DNA from: Eledone cirrhosa
Lineage: Eukaryota
Reading direction: 5' to 3'
NCBI GenBank assembly: GCA_964016885.1
Contig: OZ024742.1
Coordinates: 296,670,001-296,734,000 of the forward strand
Length of the DNA: 64,000 bases
Position numbers and translations under genes: made by a program
The notes under the pieces: model-generated
Databases searched by the model: none
What the model was told of the DNA's origin: nothing
The model's input: only the letters and a program-made list of their open reading frames with translations
Shown here: in pieces, positions 25,870 to 39,890 of the stretch
Layout of the letters: the number at the start of each line of letters is the position of its first letter
Numbering within the stretch: position 1 is the first letter of the stretch

Positions 25870-26700
25870 ATTGTCCATGTTGATTTGTTTTGCTGAAGGT
25901 CTGTTTTCAATTTAGATTTTATGTTTTTAACAATTTCTATTGTTTTTCTTCTTTTTTATCATTTTCCTCACTGATATCTGTTAATTCAGCTTCTGTTTTG
26001 AATTTGTCGGCTTCCTTGAAAACAAAAAACAATTTTTTATTTTTGTTCATATTTCGTGGCTATTTCTATTAACTTTCCTTTGTTCTTCATTAGATGTTTT
26101 TGTAGTCCTACAGCTGTATTTTATAACAGTTTGATTATCAACTGGTCTATACAACCAAATGAGCCTTTGCAGCATCCTTTCTGTTCTTCTGGAAACAGGT
26201 TGTCTTTTTCCAGGTCTTTGGTCAGTTTCTGCAATACTATTGCAGTTAAAGTTTTATGTATAGTAGGGAGGCATGTTATGGGCTTGTAGTTCTGGGAGTT
26301 TACTGTGTCATTAATTTCAGGGTGGTTTTCTCCTTACTGAGCCAATCAGGTGTTTTTTCTGGGTCTATCAGCAACTCATTGAAGTATTTTTGCAAATACA
26401 CTATGTCTCCCTGTTAAATATTTCAACCAAAAGTTGGGGATCTTGTCATGTCCTGGCACCTTGTTTTTGAATTTTTGCAAATTGTAGTGGTCAGCAAAAG
26501 AAGAAGAGAATTCCATAGGCAAAAATAGAATTTGAGATTGCATTTAAGAATTTTTGCTGTAAGTAGATGAAACTTAGTCACTAATCTGGTGCTCTGTTTA
26601 AATTTGTGAAGATGAAATCTCATCAGAACAATTCTCATGAAAATATTTATAAAAAGTTACAGAGAGGTGGCATTTCTTTAATAATCCACAACCAATAATA
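25870..26700 (-). mobile_element. Decayed R4/Dong-like non-LTR RT fragment
   Basis: QNYKPITCLPTIHKTLTAIV..DNLFPEEQKGCCKGSFGCIDQLII on the minus strand. Confidence 0.75.
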
Positions 26701-29095
26701 TTGATGATTTTTTCTTTGGATCTTATCCAAACTCTTAAGGTGCATAGAAGAATTCTGACAAGTTCATCAGGTTGATACAGTTGAAAGAATACTGAACTTA
26801 AAGTTCTTGATTAGATGTGATCACAGGTATTTTCTTTTTACAATAGATTATTTAGATGAACATACAAGATTCTATTTAGATGAACATACAAGTGCATCAC
26901 TTCAGCTAGCTTTAGTAAATCAGAAATTTCAGAATTCTCCGATATCCTTGCTGCTAGTATAGTAAGCCATAATCACTGCATGATAGTTTGAGGATGCATT
27001 CTTAATTTATATATGTGAATATCTGCCTCTATATATGTATGGCTGAATGATGTTATCATTATCATTTAACATTGTCATTTTCCCTGCTAGCAACAGTTGG
27101 ACGTCTGTATGTCTCTATGTATAAGAAAAACAACATTAAATAATAGAAAAGCAAAAATAAAACTATACAGGTACAGATATTTAAGAAATTTTACTAACTG
27201 CTGCAGGATTGCCAGATAAATTTCATTAAAAAATTTCAAAAAGTAATGAAATATATTAGAAGCAGCCAAAATGGATAATGTTGCAACTAAAGTGAATATG
27301 TGTGTGTGTATGTGGGGAGTGTATGTGTGAGACGTGGATGTGGATATGGGTGTGTGCATGTCTTTCCAGTGTATACAGGAATAGTTAAAAGTGTTTACAC
27401 CTCACATTTCAGTCTTTTCCTAGTGAAGGCTTCTAATTAAAAAATGGTCGATTAATTTTACCTTCAGGCAGTTACCTTCTCTATTGTGATCTATAACCCA
27501 GACTCATCATTCATACCCCTAGTAACTATTATCACAGTACTTTCCTACCTTGTCAAAAGTCCCCTCACATACCAGAGCCTCATATCTAGAGGGCACGTTC
27601 ATTGAGTCAATGACTAACATTGCTAGTGTGGGTGCCATGATAAAATGCACTTGACAGGGTACAGAATTGTATATCAGGCCTCTAACACATGCTTATGTTA
27701 TTAGTTCTATTTTACTTAGTTCTTCTTTGCCCATTCCTGAGAGGGTTGTGTGAACAAAGTTCTTAGACACACCTTCCAGGTGATCCTATCAAATGCAACC
27801 ATCTCCAAATGATCTGGCTGGATCCCCAAAGCTTATGGATGTAGGCTTTGTTCATAAAATCTTCTCAGTGATTCTTTCTTCAGACATTCTAACAACATGC
27901 CCATATTATTGGAACTGTGATCTCTCCATACAAAAAAATAGTAGTGCTACCTGAAGTGTGTCGCTGATCTCAAAGCTATGCAACCTATTGAGAAACATTA
28001 CTCCCTTCAGAGGAACCCCAATGCCTCTTGTATTCATGATAATACCCTTTCACATTTACATAATTGATAATTTAATATGATATTCAATAGAATTCTTACC
28101 TTTAACAATTACAATTGTATAGTAGCAAGACGTCTCAATTAAAAAAAGAAAATTGTTGTCTACAATCCTAAACAGTATCACTACCTAACACATACAGTTG
28201 ACATTAACAGAATGCAGTGAATGCAGATTATGATTGGCTGCAACAGGCCCCTCCCAACTAGCCAGACATATATTTATGTTGTAAGAAGCAAAGGGACCTA
28301 TCTTTGCATCTCCAGACATTTCCAGACAGAATCTTCCCTGTGTGATGTTCGCCTGTTTCACATCCAACCAGAGAATATAGCAAGTCTCACACAGCCATCA
28401 AAAAGGATGTCTGCACATGACCCTGCTTATAGATGAAAATCCGGAGAGACAGTCCCCACTTCTGATATGACATCCAGGTCCCTCGCTTCCGGCACCCTAT
28501 CCCCACCTTATATACATCATTACCACCACCACCATCATTATCATTATTGTTTTATGTCTATTTTCTATGTTCGCTTGGGTTGCATGGGTTGTTATATCCT
28601 GAGACTAGACGGATCAAATGACCATGTCTTGCTCATATGTTCCATCGTAGGCAAGGTTTCTATGGTTGGATGCTTTTCCTAATCCCAACAACAGTTCAAT
28701 GTGTATGGGCTCCATGTTATCATGGTACCAGCCCTACCACCATGCATACACACGAATGCAAATGTTTTAAAAGAATGTGAAAAATGTTGTTTTAAAAGTA
28801 CATGGTATATAGAAGTGATATAGAGTTAAACGGGGAATAAAAAAATTCAACAAATATATTATTCATAAAAACGTTTTTCTGTTTTTCTATCAATTGCATT
28901 TAAATGAAGATTCTTTGAACTTCCAGTAAAGAGTTGCCCTATTCACATTTAAGACATTTGATTTGCAAAATCAATTTTAGTTCATAGAAAATATATATTC
29001 TTTATTATAAAAACAATTTCCTATATTTACATACATATACACACATAAGTACATACATGCATATATATATATACACATACATACATGCACACATA

Positions 29096-29137
<42 letters not shown>

Positions 29138-29351
29138 CACGCATGCATGCAAGCATTCATACATACATACGTTCACACACACATTTAAAGCATGGTGGAC
29201 CTCTGTCAGTTCCAATGGCATTTAAATGGAACAACTTGCTCAGGAAATTAATATACAAGTGGTTTAACATTCCACAGACACACTTTCTCTTAATATAATT
29301 TGAAGGAGATTCAGCATGACAAAGTGAATGACAAGGTTGGCTCTTTCAATC

Positions 29352-29563
29352 CCAGGTATAGGCCACTGAAAGACTGAATGATATGAAACAAAAATAACTT
29401 TTACAAACACATCGTTTTTTATTTTTTTATTTAGAAATATAAGTAATGGATTTTTTTCAGTATTTTGTGAGAAAAACAACAAGGGATGCTCTATAACCTG
29501 CAAAATAAAATAGAAAAGAAAATAGATTGAAAACGAACAAAGTTTTTCAGTGGCCACCCTGTA
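29352..29563. mobile_element. Tc1/mariner-like MITE remnant
   Basis: Right end reads TACAGGGTGGCCACTGAAAAACT on the minus strand; left end has caggtataggccactgaaagact. Confidence 0.5.
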
Positions 29564-29851
29564 CAAAACACCTTTTCTGAGTGAGCTAGGGTAATATGAA
29601 ATATAGTGCCTTGCTCAAGGATAACACCATGTCTTTTTCAGGAATTGAAACCTTGGTCATGAGCCTAGTACCCTAATTATCAAGCCATGCACCTTCAATT
29701 ATACATACAACCATTCATACATACGTTTGTACATACATGCTCACATACATACATACAGGAGCAGTGAATACCAATAATAAATAAAATAGACCATGTTTGT
29801 TTCTCCATCACCCATTTAAACATATGCATGTTCTCTCTCCACGCACACACA

Positions 29852-29888
<37 letters not shown>

Positions 29889-31390
29889 TTATTAAAATAA
29901 CAGATTAAAGTTTAAGCAATGAATCGCTGCTTTCACCCTTAACGGGATCTTCTGAAACTAACAAAGTCAATCTGTAAACGCAGAACTGGATATTTCAAAA
30001 AACTGCCAAAGCAGCGTCTTTACATGCATACCCATTCTTTTCATTACTCTCTAAGAAGGAATATGACGTCACTTTCAGCTTATATCTGGAGTCTAAAAGA
30101 CAACCACACCCAATATAAGTTACACTGGGAGATCCTAGCGAGGGCTAGATCGTATAACGGAAATAAAAGACCATGTGACCTCTGCGCCGCTGAGGCCCTG
30201 GAAATACTCTACGCCACAGACCACATCTTAAACAAAAAATCTGAGGCAATTTCGGCTTGTAAACATAAATTGCACAAAACTTTCCTGTATTACAGCCCCA
30301 CGTTATACCCTAACGGATAGTACGATCTATACGTGGACATTTTACGTCTCGATGTGGGAGCTAAGTATATGTTTTGTTTATACCTTTACTTATTTGCATA
30401 GGTAAGTATATATTATCCGTATGTTTTGTGAAGGTACGTATACCTTCTCGTACGTATATTTGATTGTTATGACGTATAATTTTTTTATATATTCTGGTAC
30501 ATATGGTTCGGCTATGTGTATACGGGAGTTTTGCGTCTGTGTGAGTATGCAGGTTCGTACGTATGTAGGGCGTGTGTATATGTGTACTTCATGTTTTGGT
30601 TGACTTACGTCTCCGAACATTCGTGTATTTACATGTAGGTATGTGTGTGCGCTTGTTATATACGTATTTATTTATCTATATACGTTTATATAATTATTTA
30701 TTTATTTGTATACACGCTTACACACATATTTATATGTGCGTGGTTTTGTTTACCTATGGTAAGTTTTTGCGTATGCTTGTGTATGTACGTATTTGTTTGC
30801 GTGTATGTATTTATTTATTTCTATTACTTCTGTATTGTATTTATTTACTTTGTTCTTAACTCTGTAGCGGAGATTTATTCGGTCTCCTAGTTAGAATTTA
30901 GTCTACGACTTCTGCTATACCATTTACGTGGTTTTGTCTTTGCGTGCTATTGTTCTCCACGCTCCACATATGACGTATTATCTTCGTTTTTTTCGTTCAT
31001 TGCCAGAGAACGTCTCTATGCACCACCTAAGAGAACATTAGTCTACGACCTCTTTTATACCATAAACGTGGTTCTGTCTTTGCGCGTAATTGTATTTCAC
31101 CGTTTATATTCGTTTTTTCCCGTTCTTAGCCAGCGAACGTTTCCACGAACCAAAGTATCGTCTTCCTGTCTTCCTCCGGTTGCAACGTTTTTTGAAATAT
31201 CCAGTTCTGCGTTTACAGATTGACTTTGTTAGTTTCAGAAGATGCCGTTAAGGGTGAAAGCAGCGATTCTTTGCTTAAACTTTAATCTGTTATTTTAATA
31301 AATATTTGCTCTACGGTTCTTATATATTTGATATATATTTATCCTTATCGAGCCCTCTTTGGATTTTAGTCTTCAAATTTATTATTATTA
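29889..31390 (+). mobile_element. 5'-truncated Penelope-like (Neptune-type) element with inverted pseudo-LTR
   Basis: GIY-YIG C-terminal ORF 30024-30320 (TSLSAYIWSLKD..WEILARARSY..CDLC..E..ILNKKSE..CKH); 29889-30002 is an inverted copy of 31188-31302; inserted in (TA)n. Confidence 0.92.
31231..31281 (+). ncRNA. Type I hammerhead variant with CAGAAGA core; further copies at 29909-29959 (-) and 56426-56476 (+)
   Basis: agttt-CAGAAGA-t(c/g)cc gttaa gggt-GAAA-gca..tgc-TT-aaact. Confidence 0.75.
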
Positions 31391-31428
31391 CTATATATAT
31401 ATATATATATATATATACATACATACAT

Positions 31429-31501
<73 letters not shown>

Positions 31502-31546
31502 GATATATATATATATATATATAGATATATATATATATATATATAT

Positions 31547-33000
31547 AGGAACCAGTAAGACCCCGACGGCTGAGCTCAAGCCGTTTCGACGGCTAATTCT
31601 GGACTAAATGAACATTTATCCTGGTATTTAAATAGCCGAGCTTCTCAAGGGGTAATTCCATATATGGTCAAAGTGATTGTCAAAAGTCAGTAGTAATTCT
31701 GTGATTGCAAATTAGTAGGGGAGATGGTGGCTAAACCTGCCAGTAGGAGAAAAAGGGGAGGGGTGGAGTAGACCCAATCATGCGTTGGTAGTGCCAGCTA
31801 CAGCTGTGCATGAGGTCAAAGAAGATACTGGGGAGGGGGAGGGGGAGGAAGTCGGAACGGTAGGTAGAACAATCAGGGGTAAAAATATATATATGAAAGA
31901 AAAAATACTGAGAGTGAAGAAAAGCGAATAAGTGTAAAGAAAAAAAAAAGTCTAAAAGCAAGTTCTACGACCTAAGTCTCTGGCTATTGTTAGGCTAGAT
32001 AAATAAATAAATAAAGAAAGAAATAAATAAAGAAATAACGAAATAAGTAAATAAACTAGGTGGGACGGAATAGGCAAGGACCCTTTTAAGAGGTATAAGT
32101 ACGTAAATCATACGGTGACCGGTCAACAAATGGGGCCAAAATACTAAAGAAACTACCACGAAATAAATAATAAAGGTTTCTATCCCGGGCACAATGCCAG
32201 CAACCACCCAGTGCAGCAAAGGAAACTAGTACGAGATAATAATTCTGAGTCCCGAAAAAATATATACTAATGCTAACTCTAAAAGATCTTATACAAGCTA
32301 CATGAAAGTTCGTACGAAGTAAAGGTAGAATACGGAAAAATAAATTCAGAATCCACCCCGCCTAAAAGAAAAGAGAAGAAAGAAATACTGAAACGAGAAA
32401 ATAAGGCATAAGTGCCACTAAGAAATATAGAAGTCACGGAAAATAGTGGGAGCGGTCGGAAAAGGGGGCAAGTATCCGAGGTCTAACACAACTGCTATAA
32501 AAAGCGGAGTCCGCCAAATCTATCATAGACTAGGGGAGGGGGTGGGGGTACTGAGGCTACAAGGGGACAAAGGGCAGCCTTGGGTGGGCGAGAAAAGACG
32601 CCGACAAAGAAGAAGAACTGGGGTAGAAGGACTAAGGAGGGATGGGGGGAAGAAGGAAATAGAGGAAGCGATAAAAGAATAAAAAGAAGATCTTACGTCT
32701 CCCTTGGCAAGCAGGGGTTACCCATTGCAAAATCGGCAAGTGGGGTGTTATAGCCCTAGTCTACCCCCCGGGTCATTATGGGGTTTGAGGGCGAGGTAAG
32801 TCCTACGCAATCTATGTTTACATGCAGTAACCAGTTCATCTTTCTTGTTTAGGAGTTGGTCCGTCGAAAACAGCATTTATAAAGTTTCCTCCGAGCAGAA
32901 ATTGCACGGACGGCGTCCTCCCGTGTAAGAATTGGCTCTGGACAGTAATCTCCAAGTGAGATCATAGGTGATGTTGTTGTCCTTGAGGTTCCATAGTACA
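31547..33000 (-). mobile_element. 5'-truncated Penelope-like (Neptune-type) element
   Basis: 32810-32995 translates WNLKDNNITYDLTWRLLSRANSYTGGRRPCNFCSEE..LLNKKDELVTACKHR; long 3'UTR ends at (TA)n; terminal fragment repeated at 34182-34318. Confidence 0.88.
31560..31653 (-). ncRNA. Type I hammerhead with U3-A8 covariant core and long stem II
   Basis: acccc-TTGAGAA-g..cggcta...tagccg.c-GAAA-cggct(tgagctc)agccg-TC-ggggt. Confidence 0.72.
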
Positions 33001-33170
33001 CAACTACATTCCTCAATCTTTGCATATGCGTGTTGCTATTTCATGTTTCCTACGCCGTGCAACACCAGGTCCTGCTGCTAGTATATATATATATATACAA
33101 CCAAACAGTGAGTGTGTCCTGTTATTATTTCTGGGAATATTATTACAACAATATGACCCTCCCCAAGTAT

Positions 33171-33241
<71 letters not shown>

Positions 33242-33579
33242 ATACAATAACAGAGATAGTTTAAAGCTAAACTCTGACTGGTAACCATCTCACTCAACAA
33301 ACATTAGGTTATATTTTAATATAATCCCAATTTAAGTGTTTGGGGTGCTAACAATATGTATTATGTGGAAAAGCCAGTTGTATTATTTTATGAGATATAA
33401 TTAAAGTTAAAACATATCTCTCTTTCCAAACAATTGTTTCATTATAAGTTTTCTACAAATTGGGAGAATATTTCCAGTTTATGTAGAAGCCTAATATACA
33501 TTCATGTAAGAATATATTTAGGTGGGCGCTTATAAATCATCAGTGGAAGCCCATTAAACTTTGATATAAGAAAAAAATT

Positions 33580-33730
33580 CTTACCGCAGTTAAAAATCGT
33601 GTCTGTTAAGTTGCTCCCTCTCGCATCGAATGACCGCCAAATTTGAAATTCCAGCAGTTTTTGACTGAGGAAGTATTATAGCGTCACCAAGCGGGAAGGG
33701 GAGACAACTACGATCCACGAAAGGAGGAAA
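33580..33730 (-). promoter_or_regulatory. CpG-enriched promoter-like patch with a possible minus-strand first exon
   Basis: Local CpG excess; tgcg|gtaaga donor at ~33584; inverted pair agttgctccc / gggagacaact. Confidence 0.3.
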
Positions 33731-33744
33731 AAAAATAATAATAT

Positions 33745-34130
33745 ACTCGCGGGTTAATTAGTTTTTTCGAAAACATTATCAATCCAACGTGTTAAGAACT
33801 CAATTGAAAATAAAAAATAAATATATGCGTGTATAAATTACACACGCACATAGATATTTTCTTAGACTAAAATCAGAAGTTGTTCGCGAATAAGAAACCG
33901 CATCTCAAAACCGTAGTAAATACGGAAAGTTATGCTTTAAAGGGCAAATGGGAATGTAAATATCCGGCCGAATTAAGAGTAAAATATAAAACACACGCGG
34001 GTTAATTAGTTATTACAAAACCAATATCAATTCCTCGTGTAAAGAACTCAATTAATTTAAAAAAATAAATATATGCATGTAATTATATACATAGGCATAT
34101 ATATATTTTCTTAGGCTAAAAAACAGAGAA
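33745..34130 (+). repeat. Imperfect direct repeat (~33745-33880 / ~33995-34130)
   Basis: cgcgggttaattagtt..aagaactcaatt..ttttcttag.ctaaaa occurs twice. Confidence 0.8.
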
Positions 34131-34147
34131 GTTACAACCAAAAAAAC

Positions 34148-34181
<34 letters not shown>

Positions 34182-34316
34182 ACGAAGGAAATGTGGTAAG
34201 GAACCAGGTGGACCATAACGCACCAAAGTACTCAATACTTGAGGTAGTAGAGTGGGTAATAGGAACCAGTAAGACCCCGACAGCTGAGCTCAAGCCGTTT
34301 CGACGGCTAATTCTGG

Positions 34317-34422
<106 letters not shown>

Positions 34423-34451
34423 CATATACATATACATATATTATATATAGA

Positions 34452-34940
34452 AACATTAGTGTATGCAGTTCTGTTTACATGCCAACACAAGAGCAAGAAT
34501 GAGGGGCCCATTCTACTGACAAGGCTTTAAAAATGAGGCTGTTTGCATAATTGCAAGCGAATTGAATATTATTATTAATATTAAAATAACTCACATTACA
34601 TTTATTGTATTCAGCCATGTACAAAGATAATCTTCTTTTATTATATGGCAAAACCGGCCATTAATTGCTCGTATACAGGAAACTGACTAGCCTGTCTGCT
34701 GATATGTAAATCTGGCTGATCAGTGGATCTGCTAATATACAGATCTGACTGATCAGCCAGTCTGCTAATATGCAAATCAGGCTGATCAGTCACTGTGTAT
34801 TTTAGAAAATAGCATATATTTTCACAAACATTAGTATCAGTTTACATGCCAACACAAGAACAAGAATGAGGGGCTCATTCTACTGACATGGCTTTAAAAA
34901 AGAGGCTGTTTGCATAATTGCAAATGAATTGAATATTATG
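34452..34940 (+). repeat. ~120-bp direct repeats flanking a short ~30-bp-unit minisatellite
   Basis: aaacattagt..gtttacatgccaacacaag occurs twice; tctgctaatat..atct.gctgatcag occurs three times. Confidence 0.8.
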
Positions 34941-35332
34941 GATTGGCAGTATCGGTGGAGGGTCGGACGCCATGCTTTCCAGCATAGTTACGTCCCTTTA
35001 CGATCTGAGTTCAAATCCCGCCGAGGTTGACTTTGCCTTTCATCCTTACGGGGTCGATAAAATAAAGTACCAGTAATGTACTGATTATTGCTGCCCTTGT
35101 GCCTAAAGAAGAAACAATTATTAATATATACATACAAGGGCGGTGGATTGACAGTATCGGTAGAGGGTCGGACGCCATGCTTTCCAGCATAGTTATGTCC
35201 CTTTACGATCTGAGTTCAATCCCGCCGAGGTTGACTTTGCCTTTCATCCTTACGGGGTCGATAAAATAAAGTACCAGTAATGCACTGGGTAATTTCTGGC
35301 CTTGTGCCTAAAGTAGAAACAATTATTAATAT
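34940..35332 (+). mobile_element. Two young tandem family A SINEs
   Basis: Near-identical consensus copies at 34940-35125 and 35139-35332. Confidence 0.92.
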
Positions 35333-35409
35333 ATACATATAAATAAATATATATGTATTTTATTCAAAATATTAATAAATGAAGACGTTAACACAATCAA
35401 AATATATGT

Positions 35410-35468
35410 TTTATTATATATATTTCGGAGGTACTGTGCTGTTTTTTCAGTACGTCCTCATACATAAA
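35410..35468 (-). ncRNA. Degenerate minimal hammerhead at the 3' end of the Neptune element
   Basis: tttat-gtatga-ggacgtactg..cagtacctcc-GAAA-tatata-TA-ataaa; core damaged. Confidence 0.5.
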
Positions 35469-37110
35469 TTGATGTACGACATACCTCAACTGTCTTGATG
35501 GTTTAGTTTCAGTCCTGGCAGTGATTTATTACAACAAAACTCTATGTTTATATACCACAAGAAGGAATAACATGACAAATTAAATATGATGAAGAGAGGG
35601 ATGTGGAGCGAGATATAAGTATCAAGAGGGGGTGGGTATGAGAAAATATAGAAGAAATAAATAAACACATAAGTACATAAATGTTAGAATATTTAAATAT
35701 TCATGTTAGAGAAGAAACAAAAGAGAGAGAGAGAGTGCTAAATAGAAGAGAGGGGGGAAAAGAAAAAAAGATGAAGATAAAAAGAAGGAGTGGGAGGGAG
35801 ATAAAAGAGAGGATGGAATACAAAGAAAGAAGAAAGGGACATGATGCGTGACAGTTGTTTTCAAATATTAAGTCAGGTAGAAGCGACCAATTAAATACCG
35901 TTAAAAGTATTACTATCTATTGTATTTGGTTATGTATGAGCGAAATTATACTAATATATTAAATCCAAATTAAACAATATAAAATATGTTCAATGATAAT
36001 CAGAAATATAGTTAAATTAATAAATATATTCAATATTTTGTCTCAAAATTCAAAATCAGAAACATACAAATGAAGTTTACAAATATAGTAAATATGTAGG
36101 AGTATATTTATCATAACTTAATCACATATCACCATCTGTATATGCATTTTATATAATGTTTAGAATTATTAACATTATAAAGATTACAAACCGTTTAAAT
36201 CAATAGTTGTCAATTACATATAGGATTAATTAATAGTTATATATACTTTTGAAAGTATTATTATTTCGAATCAACCTAATGTTACTACATGCAACAGTAT
36301 AAATTATGTTAAATATACATTATTAATCCATTTGGATAAAAACGAAAATTATATACGATAAATATAAACAAATGAGCTCCGTACAGCATATCTGATCATT
36401 TAAACTAGCTAAGTGGAGGTATTTCAAATCGCAAATTTAGAAAATTCAAGTTATACAAAGACGGTTCTAAAACCGAACAAAAGGTATTTAGTCAATCATG
36501 AGATTAACTCACCATATAAAAGAGCCAATAAGGTAAGGTAAAACATTATACACAATAACAACAGTAGCATTTCAAGAATTATTAATAAAAGTCAATATTT
36601 TTTCTTTCACTCATTCAGTGTTTTTTTCTAAATTTAAATGATGCTTGAAATGATTTTCCAGATTTATGGAGGCAAGTTGAAAATAACTCATTTTTCTTAT
36701 TAATTAAATTATCATAATTAGTAATTATTAATAGAGTTTCCAAATTGCAAAGATGGCAGATTGGTGAGATGGAAGCGTTCCGATATGATTCAGAGTTTCT
36801 AAGTTTAACCCAAGAAATTGAGTATTTTATATTTTTCTCTTTTAAAGACCATATTAATTGTGATAATGAAGTAGACAATTTTTATGTGGATTAGAGAAAG
36901 AATGTTTATGATTGGAAAAGCGAAGTTTAAAGTTCGATGAAGTTGCACATATGTAGTTATAAGTAATAGTATTATTTGTTTTAATGGTACATTTATATAC
37001 TGAATTTTTATCAAGGCAATTATTTTGTAAAGGGCATTCAGATTTCCTTCTACAGTTACAGTTCAATTCAATGCTATTTCCATAACCTAAATTGTTCGTA
37101 TTATCATTAT

Positions 37111-37298
37111 TGGATTGGCAGTATTAGTAGAGAGTCGGACGCCATGCTTTGACGCAAAGAGTTACGTCCCTTTACGATCTGAGTTCAAATCCCGCCGAGG
37201 TTAACTTTGCCTTTCATCCTTACGGGGTCGATAAAATAAAGTACCAGTAATGTACTGGGTATTTGCTGGCCGTGTGCCAAAAGTAGAAACAATTATTA
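37111..37298 (+). mobile_element. Family A SINE inserted into the Penelope ORF
   Basis: Consensus match interrupting the Asn-rich linker. Confidence 0.92.
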
Positions 37299-38354
37299 AT
37301 GTTTCTAGGTGTTCCACTATATGTGTTTACATTATTGTTATTGTTATTCGCATTAACTACTGTATTATTATTATTATTGTTATTATCGCTAATTATGTGC
37401 TGGTTTGAATTAAGAATTTTGCTATTAATTTTTTGCAATATTTTGAGAAATATTCATAGTTGTTGAGTAAGAAAGTTTAACTGTGTGTCTATTGAAGATA
37501 GAGTAATACTTTTGTGATCTAGGGAAACATTTATCTAAGGCTTTAAAAAATAAATGTGCTAAAGGTGTATTAATAGCTAAAGACGCTGGTGGGGCATACC
37601 AAATAATAGATCTAGTTCTAATTTTTTTCCCCGATTTATTCTCCAAATTGTCATTTCTATTTGTATTTTTAGCGTCAGTTATATTTTTATTATTATTATT
37701 ATTATGACTATTGTGTTTATAATTACTATTATTTTTATCTACATATTCAATATTATTTTTATATCCTGCTTTATGTAACGTTTCATTATAGTATCCTGCT
37801 TTACTATTGAACATGGATTTGTTAGCAAATAATCTAGTTATACGTTGTTGAACATTATTGACTATAGCATTTTTAACACTTTTAGGATAATTAGAATAAA
37901 ACTAACATAATTTAGGTTTTCATTGGGTTTATGGAAGGGGTAATATAGGCCTGAGTTTAAATTAAGGGTTACATCTAAGAAGTTAACTATTTTATTGTTA
38001 TTTTCTACTTCTAATTTCAGGTCGTAATTTTTAAAGAATTCTACAATTAGTTTCTTTACTCTATTTAATTCGCTATTATTATGTTTAACTACAGTAAATA
38101 ATATGTCATCTCTATATAAACCACCGGTAATCTCTGGCAGTTTTCTATTTATCATATTAAGGATGAAAATTCGCACAAGATCGGTAACTTGCGCGGAATC
38201 GAACGAGCCCATAGTAATGTCGAAATTATTCTGCCTATGTGAACGAGTCCAAAAATCATTATTAAAGTCAAACCAGAAAACTTTCTGTTGAGTGCTTTGA
38301 ATCTATTGTAAAACTATATTCATTGAGTAATCAATGAACCTTATTAACATTTGG

Positions 38355-38427
<73 letters not shown>

Positions 38428-39439
38428 CATATATATGTGTATGTGTGTACGTAATAGTTGTTTATACACTCATACATAGATACATTTGTCGTTGTAATAT
38501 ATATATTTCATCTCTTTCTGGAAGAAAACACTAATTATTGTTAAAGAAAAAAAACATAATCTGAATGGCTTTGAACATATGCTTACAGAAAATCTAATGA
38601 GCATATCCCATGAAATATTGCTTCTATATCATACTAGAGCTAATAAATCTACATTGAAATCTTGAACTATGTTAAGGCAGTGTACGAATTGTAATGCTTA
38701 CTAGACAGAAAAACATTTTTCTATAAATATTATCTAATTTAATTTAAGCAATTTTGTTAACAAATGAAACGATTATGTCTATATGTTAACTAAATAAGAA
38801 AAATATGTGAGATAACATCATTGTTCTTTTCCATTAAAAATAAGAAAGGGTTTGTGAAATATTACACATTCTAGAATATATCAATATTTACAGAATAACA
38901 ATATATGTAACAAATATCATCATTTTCTGCTTTTCGTACTGGCCTGTGTTGGATGGGTCATCACAGTCTCAATCAATCCTTATTTGGAGTTACTTCTCTC
39001 CTAAACTGGTCGGAAATCATATCCCACTTATTCATTCCAAATTTTGGCATGGTTTTATGGCTTGATGTCAACTCTACTGGGTGCATTTTATTGTGGCACC
39101 AGTACTTGAGAGCTTGTCATGTACTTGACAAGAGTAAAGAGCTATCTCTACTCTATATTGTCTACTTTTGGCTGTCAATCACTTTACATTTTACAAAATA
39201 TACTGCATGTATTCTATTGTAGCAAACACATGAGAGAAGTTGTCATGACCTTCATACAGCTAAAGAGTTCTCTCTACCCTACATTGTCTCCATTTCTTTA
39301 TTGACCACTTTACAGATTATACTGAGTGCATTTTATTGCAGAAACCCTAGGGAAGTTATTTTGACTACTCCACTGTAAGATTAAGAAGACCTCTCCACTG
39401 CACAAAATCTATTCATTCTAGATTGTAATATATATCAAT

Positions 39440-39890
39440 ATATGCTACAACAAATCAATCCCAGTCTTAACTTGCACTTATTTCTATCAAGCCTGGATAG
39501 GTGAAAGGCAAAGCTGCCCTCAGTGGGAATTGATGAGAACATATAAAACTGAAACTAATAGGGTAAGTCATTTTGTCTGCTGCTCTATTATCTTCCTAGT
39601 ATTCTGGATGGTAGAATCAACATCATGAATGAAAAAGGCCATATAGTATTTAATTACATCTCATTCCATTGAGAGTTCAAATCACAATGAAATAAACTTT
39701 GCCTTCTAGCACTCTTCTAGAAATCATTATTACTACCCTGCTTTGCAGCATAGAGTTATGTCCCTTTATGTTCTGAGTTCAAATCCAGCCGAGGTTAGCT
39801 TTGCCTTTCATCCTAATAGAGTCGATAAATAAAGCACCAGCAACGTACTTGGGTCGATTTAATTGACTTTGCCTCCTCCAAAATTTACTA
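39440..39890. mobile_element. Cluster of degraded family A SINEs
   Basis: gaaaggcaaag (minus) and gagttcaaatcc..gcctttcatcc (plus) motifs. Confidence 0.7.

Larger units (their letters stand above)
35340..38335 (-). mobile_element. Penelope-like element (Neptune-type): RT, Cys linker, GIY-YIG endonuclease; frameshifted
   Basis: MGSFDSAQVTDLV..GLYRDD, VNFLDVTL, CNCRRKSECPLQNNCLDKNSVY..YICAT..FKLRFSNH, CHLCNLE..NKKNEL..CLH. Confidence 0.96.
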
